Program-made: the position numbers and the translations under genes
Shown: piece by piece, positions 24,907-39,984 of the stretch
Position numbering within the stretch: position 1 is the first letter of the stretch
Layout of the letters: every line of letters begins with the position of its first letter
Origin: Octopus vulgaris
Lineage: Eukaryota
Direction of reading: 5' to 3'
Assembly: GCA_951406725.2 (NCBI GenBank)
Contig: OX597840.1
Location: 36,580,001 to 36,644,000, forward strand
DNA length: 64,000 bases
Notes under the pieces: model-generated
Told to the model about the DNA's origin: nothing
Seen by the model: the letters and a program-made list of their open reading frames with translations, nothing else
Databases searched by the model: none

Positions 24907-25648
24907 TACAGGGGAACCAAAATTAAGCGGAAACGTCCTCTGTAGGACAAACCCGTTGTAGTTCTGGATTCCGCCACTGGAAGCCACTTGATGTCAATGC
25001 CAGGCATCATCGAGTGTATTCTTACTGCCACGCGGTGCGTCTTCGTTTGCATTGCTTCTCCCCTTTTCGCCAATTTTCTGCTGGGGAAAACGGGGCCCGA
25101 AATAGTTGTCATGCTTCTCATAGCTAACAATGTTGCTGTCGTGAGCAAAACACAAATTTACGAATGGTTTTCACGCTTCAGGTATGGTTACTTGTCGCTT
25201 GAAGTCCGACATCGTTCAGGACGACCATTGACTTCCAGAACGAATGAAAACACGATGAAAATTCATGAACTGATCTTAGACGATGGTCGCCGAACAATTG
25301 ACGAACTTGTTGATGTGACTGGTGTGTCCTGGAGTTCCTGCCAACGAATTTTGAGCGAGGAATTGCGAATGAAAAGCGTTGCAGCAAAATTTGTACCACG
25401 CTTGCTCACGGAAGATCAAAAGCAGTGACGAGAGCTGGTGCTACGGAATTTGCAGATGAGGAACAGGTGAAGAAGAAAAAAACGATGGAGGCGTTGACAG
25501 GCATCATTTCGCAAGAGTTCCAGCAACGCTGGAAAACGCGACTGGAATGATGAGAAGACTTTGAAGGCGATAAAAGTGTAAACATTTAAAACTAAGTGAA
25601 TAAAATATTATTGCGAAGATTCCAGTTTCTTTGGGGTAAATCCTCGTA
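24907..25648 (+). mobile_element. Internally deleted mariner (DD34D-type) element
   Basis: ORF 24988-25428 encodes the mariner HTH region (SKTQIYEWFSRF...RSGRP...DGRRTIDEL...IL.EELRMKSVAAKFVPRLLTEDQK), joined to a C-terminal remnant (QEFQQRW...FEGD). Degenerate TA-flanked TIRs. Confidence 0.88.
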
Positions 25649-26078
25649 TATATATATATAGAAAGAGAGAGAGAGAAAGAAATATAGATAGATAGAAACG
25701 AAGAGAGATAAATAATTGATAGATGGATAGATACAGACAGACAGACAGACAGACAGATAGATAGATAGACAGATAGATAGATAGATAGGTAGATAGATAG
25801 GTAGATAGATAGATAGATTGATCGATAGATAGATTGATCGATAGATGGATAGTAGAGACTCATTCAGCAGAAATGCAACGACAGATGTTTTTATTAGTAA
25901 ACGGTTAAAAAGCGATTTTCGGTCGATGTATTTGTTTCAGTTTGAACTCGAGGCAGATCAAGTTACATCGATGAAACAGCCCAGCAGCGACATTCCTACA
26001 TGCTCTCTCTCTCTCTCTCTCTCTCTCTCATCCACTCTCTCTCTCACACACGTATATGTGTATGGATTCATGTGTGTG

Positions 26079-26144
<66 letters not shown>

Positions 26145-26164
26145 TATATGTATATATATATATA

Positions 26165-26454
26165 CTAGCAGAGATACCCGGCAGTGCTCAAGATTAAAAT
26201 GACATAGTTTGTATACATATTTTACAGTTGAAACATGTGGTAAGGGTACGTGCAGCATTGACGACAAAATGTGGAGTAAATGATGGGCGAATTCGACTAA
26301 ACGACATGTCATGCGACCGTTTGGAGGATTCCAGGCCCTAACCTGTCATGGAATATTGGGGGTGGGGGTGTATGGGATTTTTGAACGCACTGAGAAGCTG
26401 CTACCATAGCGTTAAAATCAGGAAATCTCACGGACCGAACAATATAAGAGCAGA
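26165..26454 (-). mobile_element. Non-autonomous Helitron, diverged
   Basis: Minus-strand 3' end ...CTAG|T with a decayed subterminal hairpin (plus strand ACTAGCAGAGATACCCGGCAGTGCTC), similar to the end of 59285-59760. Possible A|TC 5' end at 26454. Confidence 0.6.
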
Positions 26455-26818
26455 TACTTTGATGGAGAGTGGCGGCAAATTCTTCGTCGTTACTTCAGAA
26501 AAATCGTTGTACCAGGCGTATATAAGTTGACATAAAAAGACTGCTAACCTTGTTATTAGATGCAAAAACATGGGACTCAAACCTAATTGTTCCAATATAA
26601 AAGGTACAATATTCTTGTTGGGTGCTGGATAGATCCTGGCTAATGGCGTGTTAAGAAAACTAGGACAGATATTGTCACAAAGCGTGGCAACAAATCCACC
26701 GAGTAATTTATGTAGGGAGCGAGGGGCAAGGTCGACATCACCTTCGTTACTCTACAGTTTCAGAACCGGATCGTTGTATTTGTTCTCGTTTATCAACGAA
26801 ATATGTGAATTTGTGTGT

Positions 26819-26877
<59 letters not shown>

Positions 26878-27875
26878 TAAATATAGATGTAAATATTTTT
26901 TCCCGATGTGTGTCAATGAGGAGTTAAAGACAGACTAGAAAACCTATATCGTTCGAACAAATATTTTCATATTCGTATTTGTTCTGCATCACGTTACAAG
27001 CACTCCCTTGCCATTATCATAAGAAAAGCAGTGGAAACCATTATGTAACAAATCTATCTTTCACCAAGTCGTACATAAAGCAAAATTCTACCATAAAACC
27101 ATGAGAACAGTTCCAGCATGGAATGTATACACATCGTCTGGCTAGAAGTCTTTTGAGAGTGTTTTTCACCGTCGAATCGTGAAAGCATTAATTGTAAGGA
27201 AGGCAGCACGAATAACAAGAATCCACGTCGAGTACAGCTTACATAAATGGGAAGTAATTTTTAAAATGTAGGCAAAAAGGAAGAAAGAATAATTTATCAA
27301 AATAAAACCGAATTCTTTACAGGAAGAGTGTTGTAATGGGACGCCCTCCCTCTAATCCGTTTCCTTCTCGAACATATTAAACGGACATGTTAAAGCAGAC
27401 GGTTTACTGACGCAACGACTGTGGGAACAGGACCAGCTTCCTCTTCAGTCGACACACATCAGACCTTAATGTCCTTCTAATACATAATAATGTCTTTGAA
27501 CGAAAGCAGTTCTTGCTTAAAGAAACCTTGTGGTATTTCATTACCAGTCGATTGAATAAAGTACCAGTCGAGTATTGCTCCAGTACCTAATTACTACTTA
27601 ATTGTATCCATCCAGGAAGGATTTGAACACAGAACGCAAAGCGTCAGAACTAACTTCCTCAAGGTATTATTTTGTTCATCGTTCGAAGAATTCACAAATT
27701 GTTTTTTTTTTCTAAATCAAACTCTCACCTGTATATGGTTCACTATTAGTTATTCGCTGACGACGAAGCTAGAAGCACCACTGTTGGATACCATATACAG
27801 AGTCGGCAGAGAAGCTGCGGTGAAATTCGGTATTTTCAAAAATATGTCAAAGCGACCGTGAATAGAAGAATATTA

Positions 27876-27927
<52 letters not shown>

Positions 27928-28059
27928 TCGTATTAGTTAAAGGAAATAGAGATGAGAGAATTAGACCCGACACAAACTTACAAACACTTAAGAATTTAAT
28001 AGTTAGAATGTAATACTTTACATACGCGCGCGCACATGCACACATACATACAAGTAAAC

Positions 28060-28102
<43 letters not shown>

Positions 28103-29051
28103 GCTCAATACACACACAACGTATGACAGGAAGGGTTTGGCACAGTTTAACATTTAAAGCAAAAATATCTCACACCTGTACATGGAAAAGTTTATGTGTG
28201 TGTGTGTGTGTGCGTGTATGTGTGTGTGTGTGTGTGAGTGTGTGTGTGTGTGTGTGTGAGTGTGTTTGTGTGTATGTGTGTGTGTGTTTGTGTGTGTGTG
28301 TGTAAAAGCCTTTCTGTGTACAGAAGCGTGTAGAAAGAGCTCATTACTCTTATAAGAGTATTTATTTGAGGACGACTTTTTAATGTCGCTCCTCCGAGTA
28401 ATGCACCTAGAGAGTACCACGGAGAAACGCCCGAGTAAAGCAACACTTTTGAACACGCACACACACGCACGCACGCACGCACGCACTCACTTACACACAC
28501 ACACACACACACACAGTGCTAAGTCTGGCGGAAGCGACAGCGTCTGTGACCTTTGCAGCAGCATTCATTCTCCTGCACACTCCGTAATCAGTGAACTTGA
28601 TGTCGCTAATGTTCCGTTTAAAATGTTGCTGGTCAACATCTGCCGGGAAGACGGAATCAACAAGATTCCAAGGAATTCATATATTCTGGGAGTGGTGGTG
28701 GTGGTGGAGAAGAACTAACGGCTGGTACAGGGCCGAAGGTGTTGGGTGCATCAAGAGTGAGAAGAGAGAGGTGGAAGGACGAGGGGGCTGGAGGTGGCCT
28801 GAGTGGTGAAGATACAAGACCCAGCGGCTCCGAGGGGCACACGCCATTATAGTAGGGATAGGAAAGACAGGAAGAAAGAGAAAGGGGGAGGGAGATAGAG
28901 AGAGTAGGTCTGTGGTCGAAAGGGGCAATTCTTGGGATGTAGTCCAGGACGCATGTGTGTTGACGTAGTAGTAGTAGTAGTAGTAGTAGTAGCACCGTCC
29001 CAAATTTAGGAATAATACTTTGCTGAGGGCCTCACCTGCGCTTTTGTAGCA

Positions 29052-29247
29052 CAGTGGCTCACAACCTTTTTAATGCCCGGACCAGATCCAAACACTGGAT
29101 CTTTTTAGGGGCCCACAAAAAAAGGTAAAACAAGTCACCTAAAGATAAAATTATTATATTTATTCATTGAAGGAAGAACATCAGATGCCACCTTAAGGGA
29201 TCTTCAGGGCCGCGTGCGACCCAAGAAACCTCGGTTGAGAATCGCTA
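29052..29247. mobile_element. hAT (Buster/Charlie-type) MITE
   Basis: TIRs CAGTGGCTCACAACC / GGTTGAGAATCGCTA. 8-bp TSD TTGTAGCA / TTGTAGTG with central TA. Confidence 0.75.
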
Positions 29248-29857
29248 TTGTAGTGTCTTAACAGCTTTTGGGGACCTAGAAGAGAAGGCCGCATGCGGTC
29301 CTAGCATTGTTGATGATGTGCTTTCGCTATGTGAGAGTTCGTCAGTGAGAGTCAAAATGCTCAGTTTGCAGTGACTTAATTGATCGTCGTTTTATCTTCA
29401 GTTGAGATGTCGAATGGTGGTGCATCTGTGTGCGGTGATGTGTGTATGTGAGCGCTTTTCCGTGTGTGTGCGCGAGCTTTTGTATGTACACGCGCGTACA
29501 GGAACGTATGGACGTATAAAAATGCGGTCTAAATTAGCATGACATGTGTGTGTGTGTATGTAGAGTGCCTCTTTCTTTCGTTGTATGTGTATGTGTGTAC
29601 ACACACATATAAACAAAAGATTATCATAGACAGCCGTGTGCAATGTTTTACCAAAAAGGAAAACTATAATTATTCCTAAATATGACCAGGGCGCTAGAAC
29701 ACGTACATTGCTAGAAATAAGAGCTAAGAAGCTCTAGTGCCGTAGTTAAAGCACATAATTGTATGCATGTGTACCTACAAGGACTGTAATCGCCCGCGGA
29801 CACTGGCCAAGTAATTCCTTATACTGATCGGTCAGTTTCGGCTAATTCTGTAGCCTC

Positions 29858-29875
29858 ATCGCTAGGGGGCGCTCT
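29858..29875 (+). promoter_or_regulatory. CTCF-motif-like site
   Basis: TCGCTAGGGGGCGCTC closely matches the CTCF core consensus. Motif match only. Confidence 0.35.
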
Positions 29876-30119
29876 ACTCGGCTGATTCCAGACTTAATTC
29901 TCTCTCAGTACATATGTATTCACCATAAAAATCCATGGATGATTTAGCGAATCGCTAATGTGTATACAAAAAATTGATGCAGACAGTTGTGTGCAATGTG
30001 TTATCAAAAAGGAAAATTATAAATGTCAGTAAATGTTATATGATGAGCATTAACACGAGTAACGAAGCAGGTTTCTATAAGTGTATTACTAAAATGTCAA
30101 TTAAATGTAGGCGACAGTC

Positions 30120-30737
30120 CACATAGATTCTAAGAATTGGTGGAATAAGAGGCCGGATGCTGTGGTGATTCTCTGGAGGACATTTGTCTTCAAATGCTTA
30201 TATTGTTGCTTCTCATTGTGGTTACCTTACAGCGTAAAATTAATGGCACAACTTGAAACACTTCAATGCAGCTATATGAAGATGGTCGACCCATTGCAAG
30301 AGATCAGCTCCGGGAAAGACCGAATAAGTTAAGACCATTCCTTGGAGCAAAGGCATGAAAGAACTTGCACGAAACGATGGCATTGAAAGGCTATAACAGG
30401 GTCCCTCTGCATAGGTGCCAAAAACTCTATCTTCGCTGTCTAGATTTAGAACCAGATACTGTAATAGATTAGGATTCAAAGGCCCTCAGCTCAATATCCT
30501 ATTGAAAGACTTAAGGGACCCACATGGTGGGGTTCTAGATGTTTTAGGCAAGCAACTGGAGTTTAGTGTCAAGAGTTCCGGGTGAGATTATTTCGCGGCA
30601 AGAAACACAACTGAGGGCAGCAACTTCGAACTCCGCCATTTACCAAATGCCAACTAAAGAAGGAAGATCAGTAAAAGTGTAGCAACACCAGTGGAAGTGG
30701 TCCAGCATGGCCACAACTTACGGGCTAAAGCAAATAT
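30120..30737 (+). mobile_element. Possible decayed 3' end of an RLE-type (HERO-like) LINE carrying the SINE tail
   Basis: Weak motifs TIPWSKGMKE (30334) and SLCIGAKN (30402) resemble ELTVPWE and PIEVGCRG of restriction-like endonuclease domains. Ends in GGTCCAGCATGGCCACAAC. Confidence 0.3.
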
Positions 30738-30766
30738 TCATGTATATATGTATGTATGTATGTATG

Positions 30767-30815
<49 letters not shown>

Positions 30816-30874
30816 ATATATATATAAACATACGTACACACACATGCGCACACACACGCACACAGACACACGCA

Positions 30875-30938
<64 letters not shown>

Positions 30939-32721
30939 AAATCTACATCAGTGGCTGAGTATTCTACAGATTATTTGTACTTTAAAGGCAATTTTCAAGC
31001 AGAACCAGGGTGGCAGAGTTTTCGACAAGGCTGTACCTTTGAATAACAGACACAGAGCATCGGATAGGGTTTCATACAATTTCCATGAACCCAATTTCAA
31101 TGTGACATTTTGTGTGCCCCCAAAGGTTATGATAAAAACCTGTTTGCACAAAATGCCATTCGAAGAGATCGAACGTGGGACTCCATGGTCGTAGAGCGAA
31201 CATTCTAAACCACCGAGCCGTGCTTGTATCCCTATAGGTAAACAAGTATGTCGATTGCTTCATGAGAATGGAGATAAACTGATAATAACGGCAAGTTGAC
31301 GGATTATGGGATTAGTTAATGGATTGCTAATCCTATCTACAATTAAATGATGACTTAAGGAAAATTTATATGTCATTATTGATTTACGTGTTTAGGAAGA
31401 AGTCTTTCAGATTAAATGGTGGTGGTCGTGGTGGGAATGGGGAGGAGGAAGGGGAGTTTTATGTTTTATTGTTTTTATCCGATTGTTGCACCGATGGCGT
31501 TTAGAGTTGCACCGCAAATGGTGAGTTTGATATCGTTAATGTTCCTCTCGAAGACTCCAGGAATAAACATGAAGGTCGACGTTCTGTGGAAGAAGAATTG
31601 GCAACGGTGGTGGGAGGGACAGGTTATGGGGAATGGGATGAGGAGACGAATAATTTGCTTGGGTTTAACGAGGAGGAGCACAATACCAGTTGGCTTCAAA
31701 GAACTGTGGTCGTTTTAGTTGTGGTGGGAAATGGGGGTGAGTGAGAGGAGAGAGAGAGAGAGAGAGAGAAAGAGAAGGGGCAGCAGGGAAGGAGCTGCTA
31801 TATCCTTCTGCTCAGTTTTATTTTACTTCTTCTACCGTCACTCACCCACTCTCTATTTTTTAGTTGGACACCTTCTTACGTGCACACCATCTCTTTACCG
31901 TGATAATAAAACACACACTATTAATTATAATGGCTGGACTTATTTTCCAAGAGACTCGATACAAAACAGTCGACTGGAAGGTCATTAATTTCGATGCCAA
32001 ATAACGAAGTAAGATCATCGTAGACTGGCAATTTAAAACTCATTCATTTATTGTTATAAACACTTTTGTATTCCATCTTCGTAGAATCAGGCGTTAGAAA
32101 TGGTCTCTGATATTCTCTTCCTTTGTATCTGTTTATTATTTACTGCGAGACTTCAAGATACATTATGTCTGAATAAAAAAACAGGAATGTCAGGACTGGA
32201 ATACTCTTGGAAGGAGACTTGGGCGCTATTTCAAGCAAGTCGAACAGTCACGTAGACGCTCCCTCGCTGGATTAACCAATCAGCTGATAGTGGTGATGGT
32301 GGTGGTGTTAAGATAATGGTGATATGGTGGCGCTGGGGTCAATATTGGTGTCAGGACGATGGAGGAATCCACATGTCAGTTGTCATCAATGAAGTCAAAT
32401 TATTTATAAAGCTTTCTCTAATTCATCGCCCCCCTTACTTTCTCCTCGTCTCTCTCATCCTTCCTTTTATTCTCTCTCTCTCTTTCTCCATCTCTCTGTC
32501 TCTTTGTCTCCCTCATGCAAACATCTGCATACATTTTGTGTATATGTATATACTACACTCAAGTACGTACGTACGTATACGCACACACAGTGTGTGTGAT
32601 AACTGTATCTGTATCTGCACCACCGCTTGACAACCGTAACGTAGCTGTTCGGTAAAACAAGAGTGATAGAATAGGAACCAGACTTTTAAAAACTTAGTAC
32701 TAGAGTCCATCATGTATGTAT

Positions 32722-32754
<33 letters not shown>

Positions 32755-32916
32755 AATTTAAATAATGAGGGAGATAAAATGAATATTAATTTAATTAATA
32801 TCAATTTAAAACCAGTAGCCTAGCATATATAAAAAATCTGTAAAAATCAGAAAAAATTCGAAAAAATTTCAGAAAAAATTTGAAAAATCAGAAAAAATTT
32901 ATCCCTAAATATACAC

Positions 32917-32970
<54 letters not shown>

Positions 32971-33239
32971 TTATATATATATATATTTATATATATATTT
33001 ATATATATATATATATATTATTATTATTATATGTAGAAAAATACAAAGTGGGACAAGAACGCAAACACTTAGAAGACGATACAAAAAACAGGGACGGGAC
33101 ATTCGAAGCCCTCAATCTTCAGTCAAGAACCGGATCATCGTAGCAATTTCAGCTGATTAATCTTGAGATCGCTCCGATCCGGCTATATATATATATACAT
33201 ACCCCCACACAAGGTAAACACCACTTTTTTTTAGCACCC

Positions 33240-33790
33240 AATGAAATTCTTAGCATCCAATGAAAAAGGAGAATCCACCCTCAAAACGTGGCTACACCAA
33301 GAACATGTCATGGTATCCGTTTGATGGAATTTGAAGGGTTTCGTCAGTCATGAAGTGTTAAACCAAAACGAAATCGCTTCAGCGAAGAAGTGTTATTGGC
33401 AATTCGGTCAATGGTATTGCTTAACACTAGAATGCAAAGCTACAAATTGTTCAAGTCACCCAGGAAAAGACTATGGAACAAAATACTGAAGTTCTGCCTC
33501 ATTCTCCTTGCTCTTCAGGCTTTGCTCCGTCTGAAGATTATCTTTTTAGATCATCGCAACATTATTTAAAAGGAAAAGAGTTGATTCATTGCGAAGCGGT
33601 TAAAGTGATTCCGAGGGTTTCCTTGCGTGGAAACCTGAAACCCTTGACGCGAGGGGAATCAGCGATTTGCCACCGAGTTTATAAATAATGAGGAGAAATA
33701 TTATGGTGATTAAATGTGGCAATTAAGGCTGGAAAAGTATTTGTTTCTTTCTCATCTTGAAATACAATAGGACTTTCATTCTAAACTGAT
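33240..33790 (+). mobile_element. mariner transposase C-terminal remnant
   Basis: EVLPHSPCSSGFAPSEDYLFRSSQHYLKGK is a degenerate HPPYSPDLAPSDYxLF motif. Upstream WNLKGFVSHEVL. Confidence 0.8.
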
Positions 33791-33929
33791 ATAAAATACT
33801 CGCAGACTCACAAAATTGATATCAGTACGAGAGAGAAAGAGAGAGAGTAGAGAAGGAGTATGAGATGTTTAATGAGAAAGAGGAAGAAGAAATGTTAAAG
33901 GGAAAGATAGAGAGAGTAAGAGAATGAAA

Positions 33930-33966
<37 letters not shown>

Positions 33967-34329
33967 AAAAAGGAGGGGGAAATATGGCGACTTAATAAAA
34001 TCTTTATAAAATATTTCACTCGTTCTCCAATCCGTGACAGCTGAGGTGTGCATTTTTTCGATTCCCCTGACGTTAGTAATACCTCTACCTACCCCACCAC
34101 CTTAACGTTGCACCCACCTCTAACACTAGTTTCTAACACTATCAGCTGTTTGGGTGAGCCAACTAGAGAGCCTCCTACATGGAGGCTTGTCATGCTAGAA
34201 ATAGCACCCAACTCTCTCTCTATGTATACATACATACATACATACATACATACATACATACATAAGTGTGTGTAGTTAAGAGTAAGTCTCTACTCCTGGC
34301 ATTCGTTGACCTGTGGTAGTATTCCATGC

Positions 34330-35250
34330 TCTGTAAAATGGTAATCGTTAAGACAACCAGAGTTGGCAAGAGTTGTGGTGCAAGCTACGTACGGAAGCGC
34401 GTTTAAGAAGGTGAGAGTTATCCCGAAATAAGTACCCCAACAAGTTTAGAGTACAGTTAGATGTGTATGAAGGCTCAGTTCCCTACGCTCTTTTGTTCAT
34501 CATAGTCCACCATGTTCACAAGGGACTTTTATATGTTGATAGCTGAACATGAAGTGGAAGAAATTTTAGACATTGGAACAGATTCAAGAAGTCTTACAAT
34601 CAGCTGAGCAAAAATAAAATTTTAATATATAGGAAGAACAAAATATAAAAAAGGGGCCGTACCACAATCAAGGAAATGGCCGTGCTCAGTATGCGGCAGT
34701 AGGGATACATTCTATATATTGTACCCAGCGGAAACTGGAATTGCAAGAAGTGTGGTGGCATCGAAGGTAGAATTATGGAGAAAATACCCTCTTTTGAATG
34801 CGGCAGATACACATGAATAATTAACAGTAAGAGTACAAGAGAACCAGATTCTTGCAAATACCCTGGCGCTTCCCCAGAACTAATTAATAACTGTTGTTAC
34901 CATGAAAACTTAACTAGCATTCAATGTAAAGAAGGAAGAATCTGGAAAGGATTCGGTAGATATCTCCTCTGTTAGCAGCATAAAATTTCTGTCAAAGAGT
35001 CGAAGACAGATTGTATGATGCCTGTATAGGAACTGCGACACTGCATGGTAGTAAGACATGGGGCCTGAATGGAGAGGAATTGCAAAGACTAGAAGATAAT
35101 GAAGCGAGGATGATGCGTTGGACACCTGATGCTAGTGAACACGAACAACGGAGTAAAAAGTGGGATGACAGAACAACCGGATATAAGACGTATTAGATGA
35201 CGTGTATCAGAGAGAAAATCGAAATGGCATGGACGCACGGGGTGCAGAGA
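34330..35250 (+). mobile_element. RTE-clade LINE remnant (RT and C-terminal region)
   Basis: Fragments VYEGSV..LLFIIV, KWPCSVC and LYDACIGTATLHGSKTWGLNGEELQRLEDNEARMMRW, with many stops and frameshifts. Confidence 0.8.
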
Positions 35251-35326
35251 AGATAAGATTTGTTTTTTTACAGTTCACATTATTTTGTCACTTCCAAGTC
35301 AACACTCACTACACCAGGTTGCAATT

Positions 35327-35363
<37 letters not shown>

Positions 35364-35455
35364 GTATATAATATAATATGTGACAATTATATTACAGATA
35401 AATTCCTATATTTACATAATATCAAGGTCTCATTCATTCTTTTGTTGTCATACTA

Positions 35456-37022
<1,567 letters not shown>

Positions 37023-37719
37023 TCTAAAATAAATAACTTCCCGCAATGAGCGGGTATAATCAATTCGAAAATATCTGGGTCATGCAACGCACAGATGTGA
37101 ATATTTAGGTCATTTACATTTGGGTCACCTCAAGTACATTAACATTTTTGCTGGTGGATATCATTTGTATAGTGTAATGCACACTTTATTTTGATATGGT
37201 TTATATATTCGGATTTGGGGAAACTTATGGAGCCTAGTCGTATTCTCTCACATATACAAACATGATCCAAATATAACATTAGGGCTAATGAAGAAAACTC
37301 ATTATGTGGTCCCGTGAAATAGCAGCCAAACAACACTCAATCATACCCGATACTTTCCCACGAGGAACAAACGTATTCAGTATTAGGTAAAGGTATTCTC
37401 TAAAAAATACAAAATGTTGGTGTTTGGTATTATTTTACTTATAGGTTCGCACCATCAAAAATATGGGACATAAAAAGAAATTAAGAAAGTGTTTGTGTGT
37501 GTAAGTGTATGTATGAAATATTTAATGTATGTATGTATGTCATTGTTCAGTTTTATTTCAAGATTTCTTGCTGATAGGGAAAGAGCCGGTTTCTAACCCA
37601 GATTCAAGGCTCCTTCATTGGAATTTCAACAACATCAGGAGGGTATTTTTATCTATGTATGTATGTTCGTATGTATGTAGATAAATATGTGTGTGTGAAA
37701 GTGAATATGTACACATCTA

Positions 37720-38940
37720 CACACACATGACAGAAGTAAATAGACGTTCGATAAAACATCGTTTCATACTTATTTTAACTTGAAATGGTTTATATTTTTT
37801 ATTAATTGACATATTTATATTTCAGGTTCTATATGTGACTGTTTAATCATGCCATGGAAGCCTTGGAACTGTCTGAATTACAAACTAGCCGTATCGTGGT
37901 CATTCTGGAGGTGGACATAGTCAGAATAACATCGCAGAAAACCTTGGGATCCCATTTTCTACAGTTAACAGAGTGACTGTGCAATTCACCAAGGAGTCCA
38001 CATTACCTCTCCAGATCAACCATGGCCCTCTGACAGGATCCTTCGCTTTGTTAAGAAAAATGTGGGGGATAAACCTCGTTGCAAGGCATCTGACATAGCA
38101 GAACAAGTTGATGTCAGTCCCAGAACAGCTGTTGGGTATCTCCACAAACTTGGCTGCTATGGCAAAGCAGCAAAAAGGAAGCCATTTCTTCGACCAGCCA
38201 ATATCAAACAGAGAAAAGATTGGGCCAGTGAGATGGTGGAGAGGCCACTAGCATTTTGGGACATTGTCATATTCTCTGATGAGTCCAAATTTGCTGTATT
38301 TTCTGACAGTGGTCGAGTGTGGGTCTGGAGACCCTGCGATCAAGAATTTGAAGTAAAAAGATTGCAGCCAACAATGAAATACGGCGGCAATTCTGTGATG
38401 GACTGGGAGCAATGGTCAGTCAGAGCTGGTGGAGTGTGAGGAAAACATAAACTCAGATAAATGTGTGTCCATATTGTAGAAAGGACACCTTCTAATCTTC
38501 TCCAGTAGTGAAATAATTAAAGAAGACTCTTTATATATGGAAGATGAGGCTCCTTGTCCCACAGCTAAAAAGACCCAAGGTTGGTTGGAAGAGAATGACA
38601 TTAAAAAGCTTTTCAGGCCAAGCCAGTCACCAGATATGAACCTTATTGAACACCTCTGGGGCATAATGAATACTACACCTCATAAAAAGAACGACAAAAC
38701 ATACTAAAAGTCTGATCTTCTGAGATTATTGCACGGAACTTGGCAAGAAATTTCTCAAGAGAATATTCTTCATCTGATCAGTAGCATGCCTAATAGGAGT
38801 CTTGCATTGGAAAATGTAAAGGGTATGTCTACTAAATATTAATCACATTGTAATAATCGATAAATAATTTGAATGTATAATTTCAGATTTAAATTAATTT
38901 TAACGAGTATAACGGTAACTAATTACTTCTGTCATACATA
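37720..38940 (+). mobile_element. Near full-length Tc1-like (DD34E) transposon with disrupted transposase (about 37849-38842)
   Basis: TIRs ATGACAGAAGTAAATAG (37727) / CTAATTACTTCTGTCAT (38919). Translation AKRKPFL...WDIVIFSDESKF...GRVWVWR...KYGGNSVM...YMEDEAPCP...PSQSPDMNLIEHLW...SMPNR...KGMSTKY*. Confidence 0.93.
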
Positions 38941-39649
38941 TTTACTTCTGTGTATACATAGATATGTATATGTGTGTATGTGTGCGTATGTATGTGTGTA
39001 TATAGACACACACACACATGTATAATTGTACGATTTAAAGTGCATGACATATAACTAGTATTTAAGAATTATATAGGAATGGAGAGGGAAACTGCGAAAA
39101 TAACTCGAGTTATAGTCCAAGTTTTCTTTCACTGATCTCAAGAGTTAAAAATAATCAGAAGAGAAGGAGAAAAAGAAAAGAAGAAAGAAAAGACAGGAGA
39201 CTTTGTTCATAGATTATTTAGTTACGTCATCCTACACGTCTTTTATTAATAATAATGAAAGATTTGTATGAATAAGAAAACACCGGATAAGCGGATTACA
39301 TCGTCAAATCTTCAGAGATTGTATAACACACGGAAATAATATCAAGATTAATGACTGTCAAAATGGGTCAAAGAATTTAAATACCATATGAAGAAAGGAG
39401 AGAATTTTCCTCTTTTCCTTGTAGATAAGGGAATAAGAATTTTTGATTTCAATTGTGTCTGGCTAAATGGGTAGGGAAAGCGATATTTATGTTTTAAAAA
39501 CATCCGCAGGATAGACCTATATTTCATTCGCTTTTGGCAGCCGCTAGCCGTTAATTAGCAGTCATCTTCACGAATATCTGGCCAGTATATGTATGTAGTA
39601 TGTATATTAGGCTCGAGTATATGTATACATACGTAATATTCACCCATAT

Positions 39650-39681
<32 letters not shown>

Positions 39682-39984
39682 GTGTGTACATATACATACA
39701 TAAATACATATTTATACACACAGATACAAACAGGGTCCGAGAGAACATGTACCACACTGAAAATATGCACCTGGATCGATTTAATTGACTTTCCAAGTGT
39801 TGCTGCGGCATGGCCACAGCCCAGTGATTCCAGGGAAAGGATAAAGGAAAACTAGGTTGAATAAATTAGTACAAAACGATAATGTAGCGATTGATATCCT
39901 TTAAAAAATGGAATTGTCACAACCGGGAATATTTTCGATAATAAATCTACTTTCTTGACTAAGGATGACCAAGAGTTTAACAAC

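Noticed and set aside
26930-27400. Possible CR1-like LINE 3' remnant (FFTGRVL*WDALP)
   Set aside because: There is only one short motif, which is not enough to call.
28515-28700. Possible exon (SAKSGGSDSVCDLCSS...)
   Set aside because: No recognisable domain, no convincing polypyrimidine tract or splice donor, and no partner exons.
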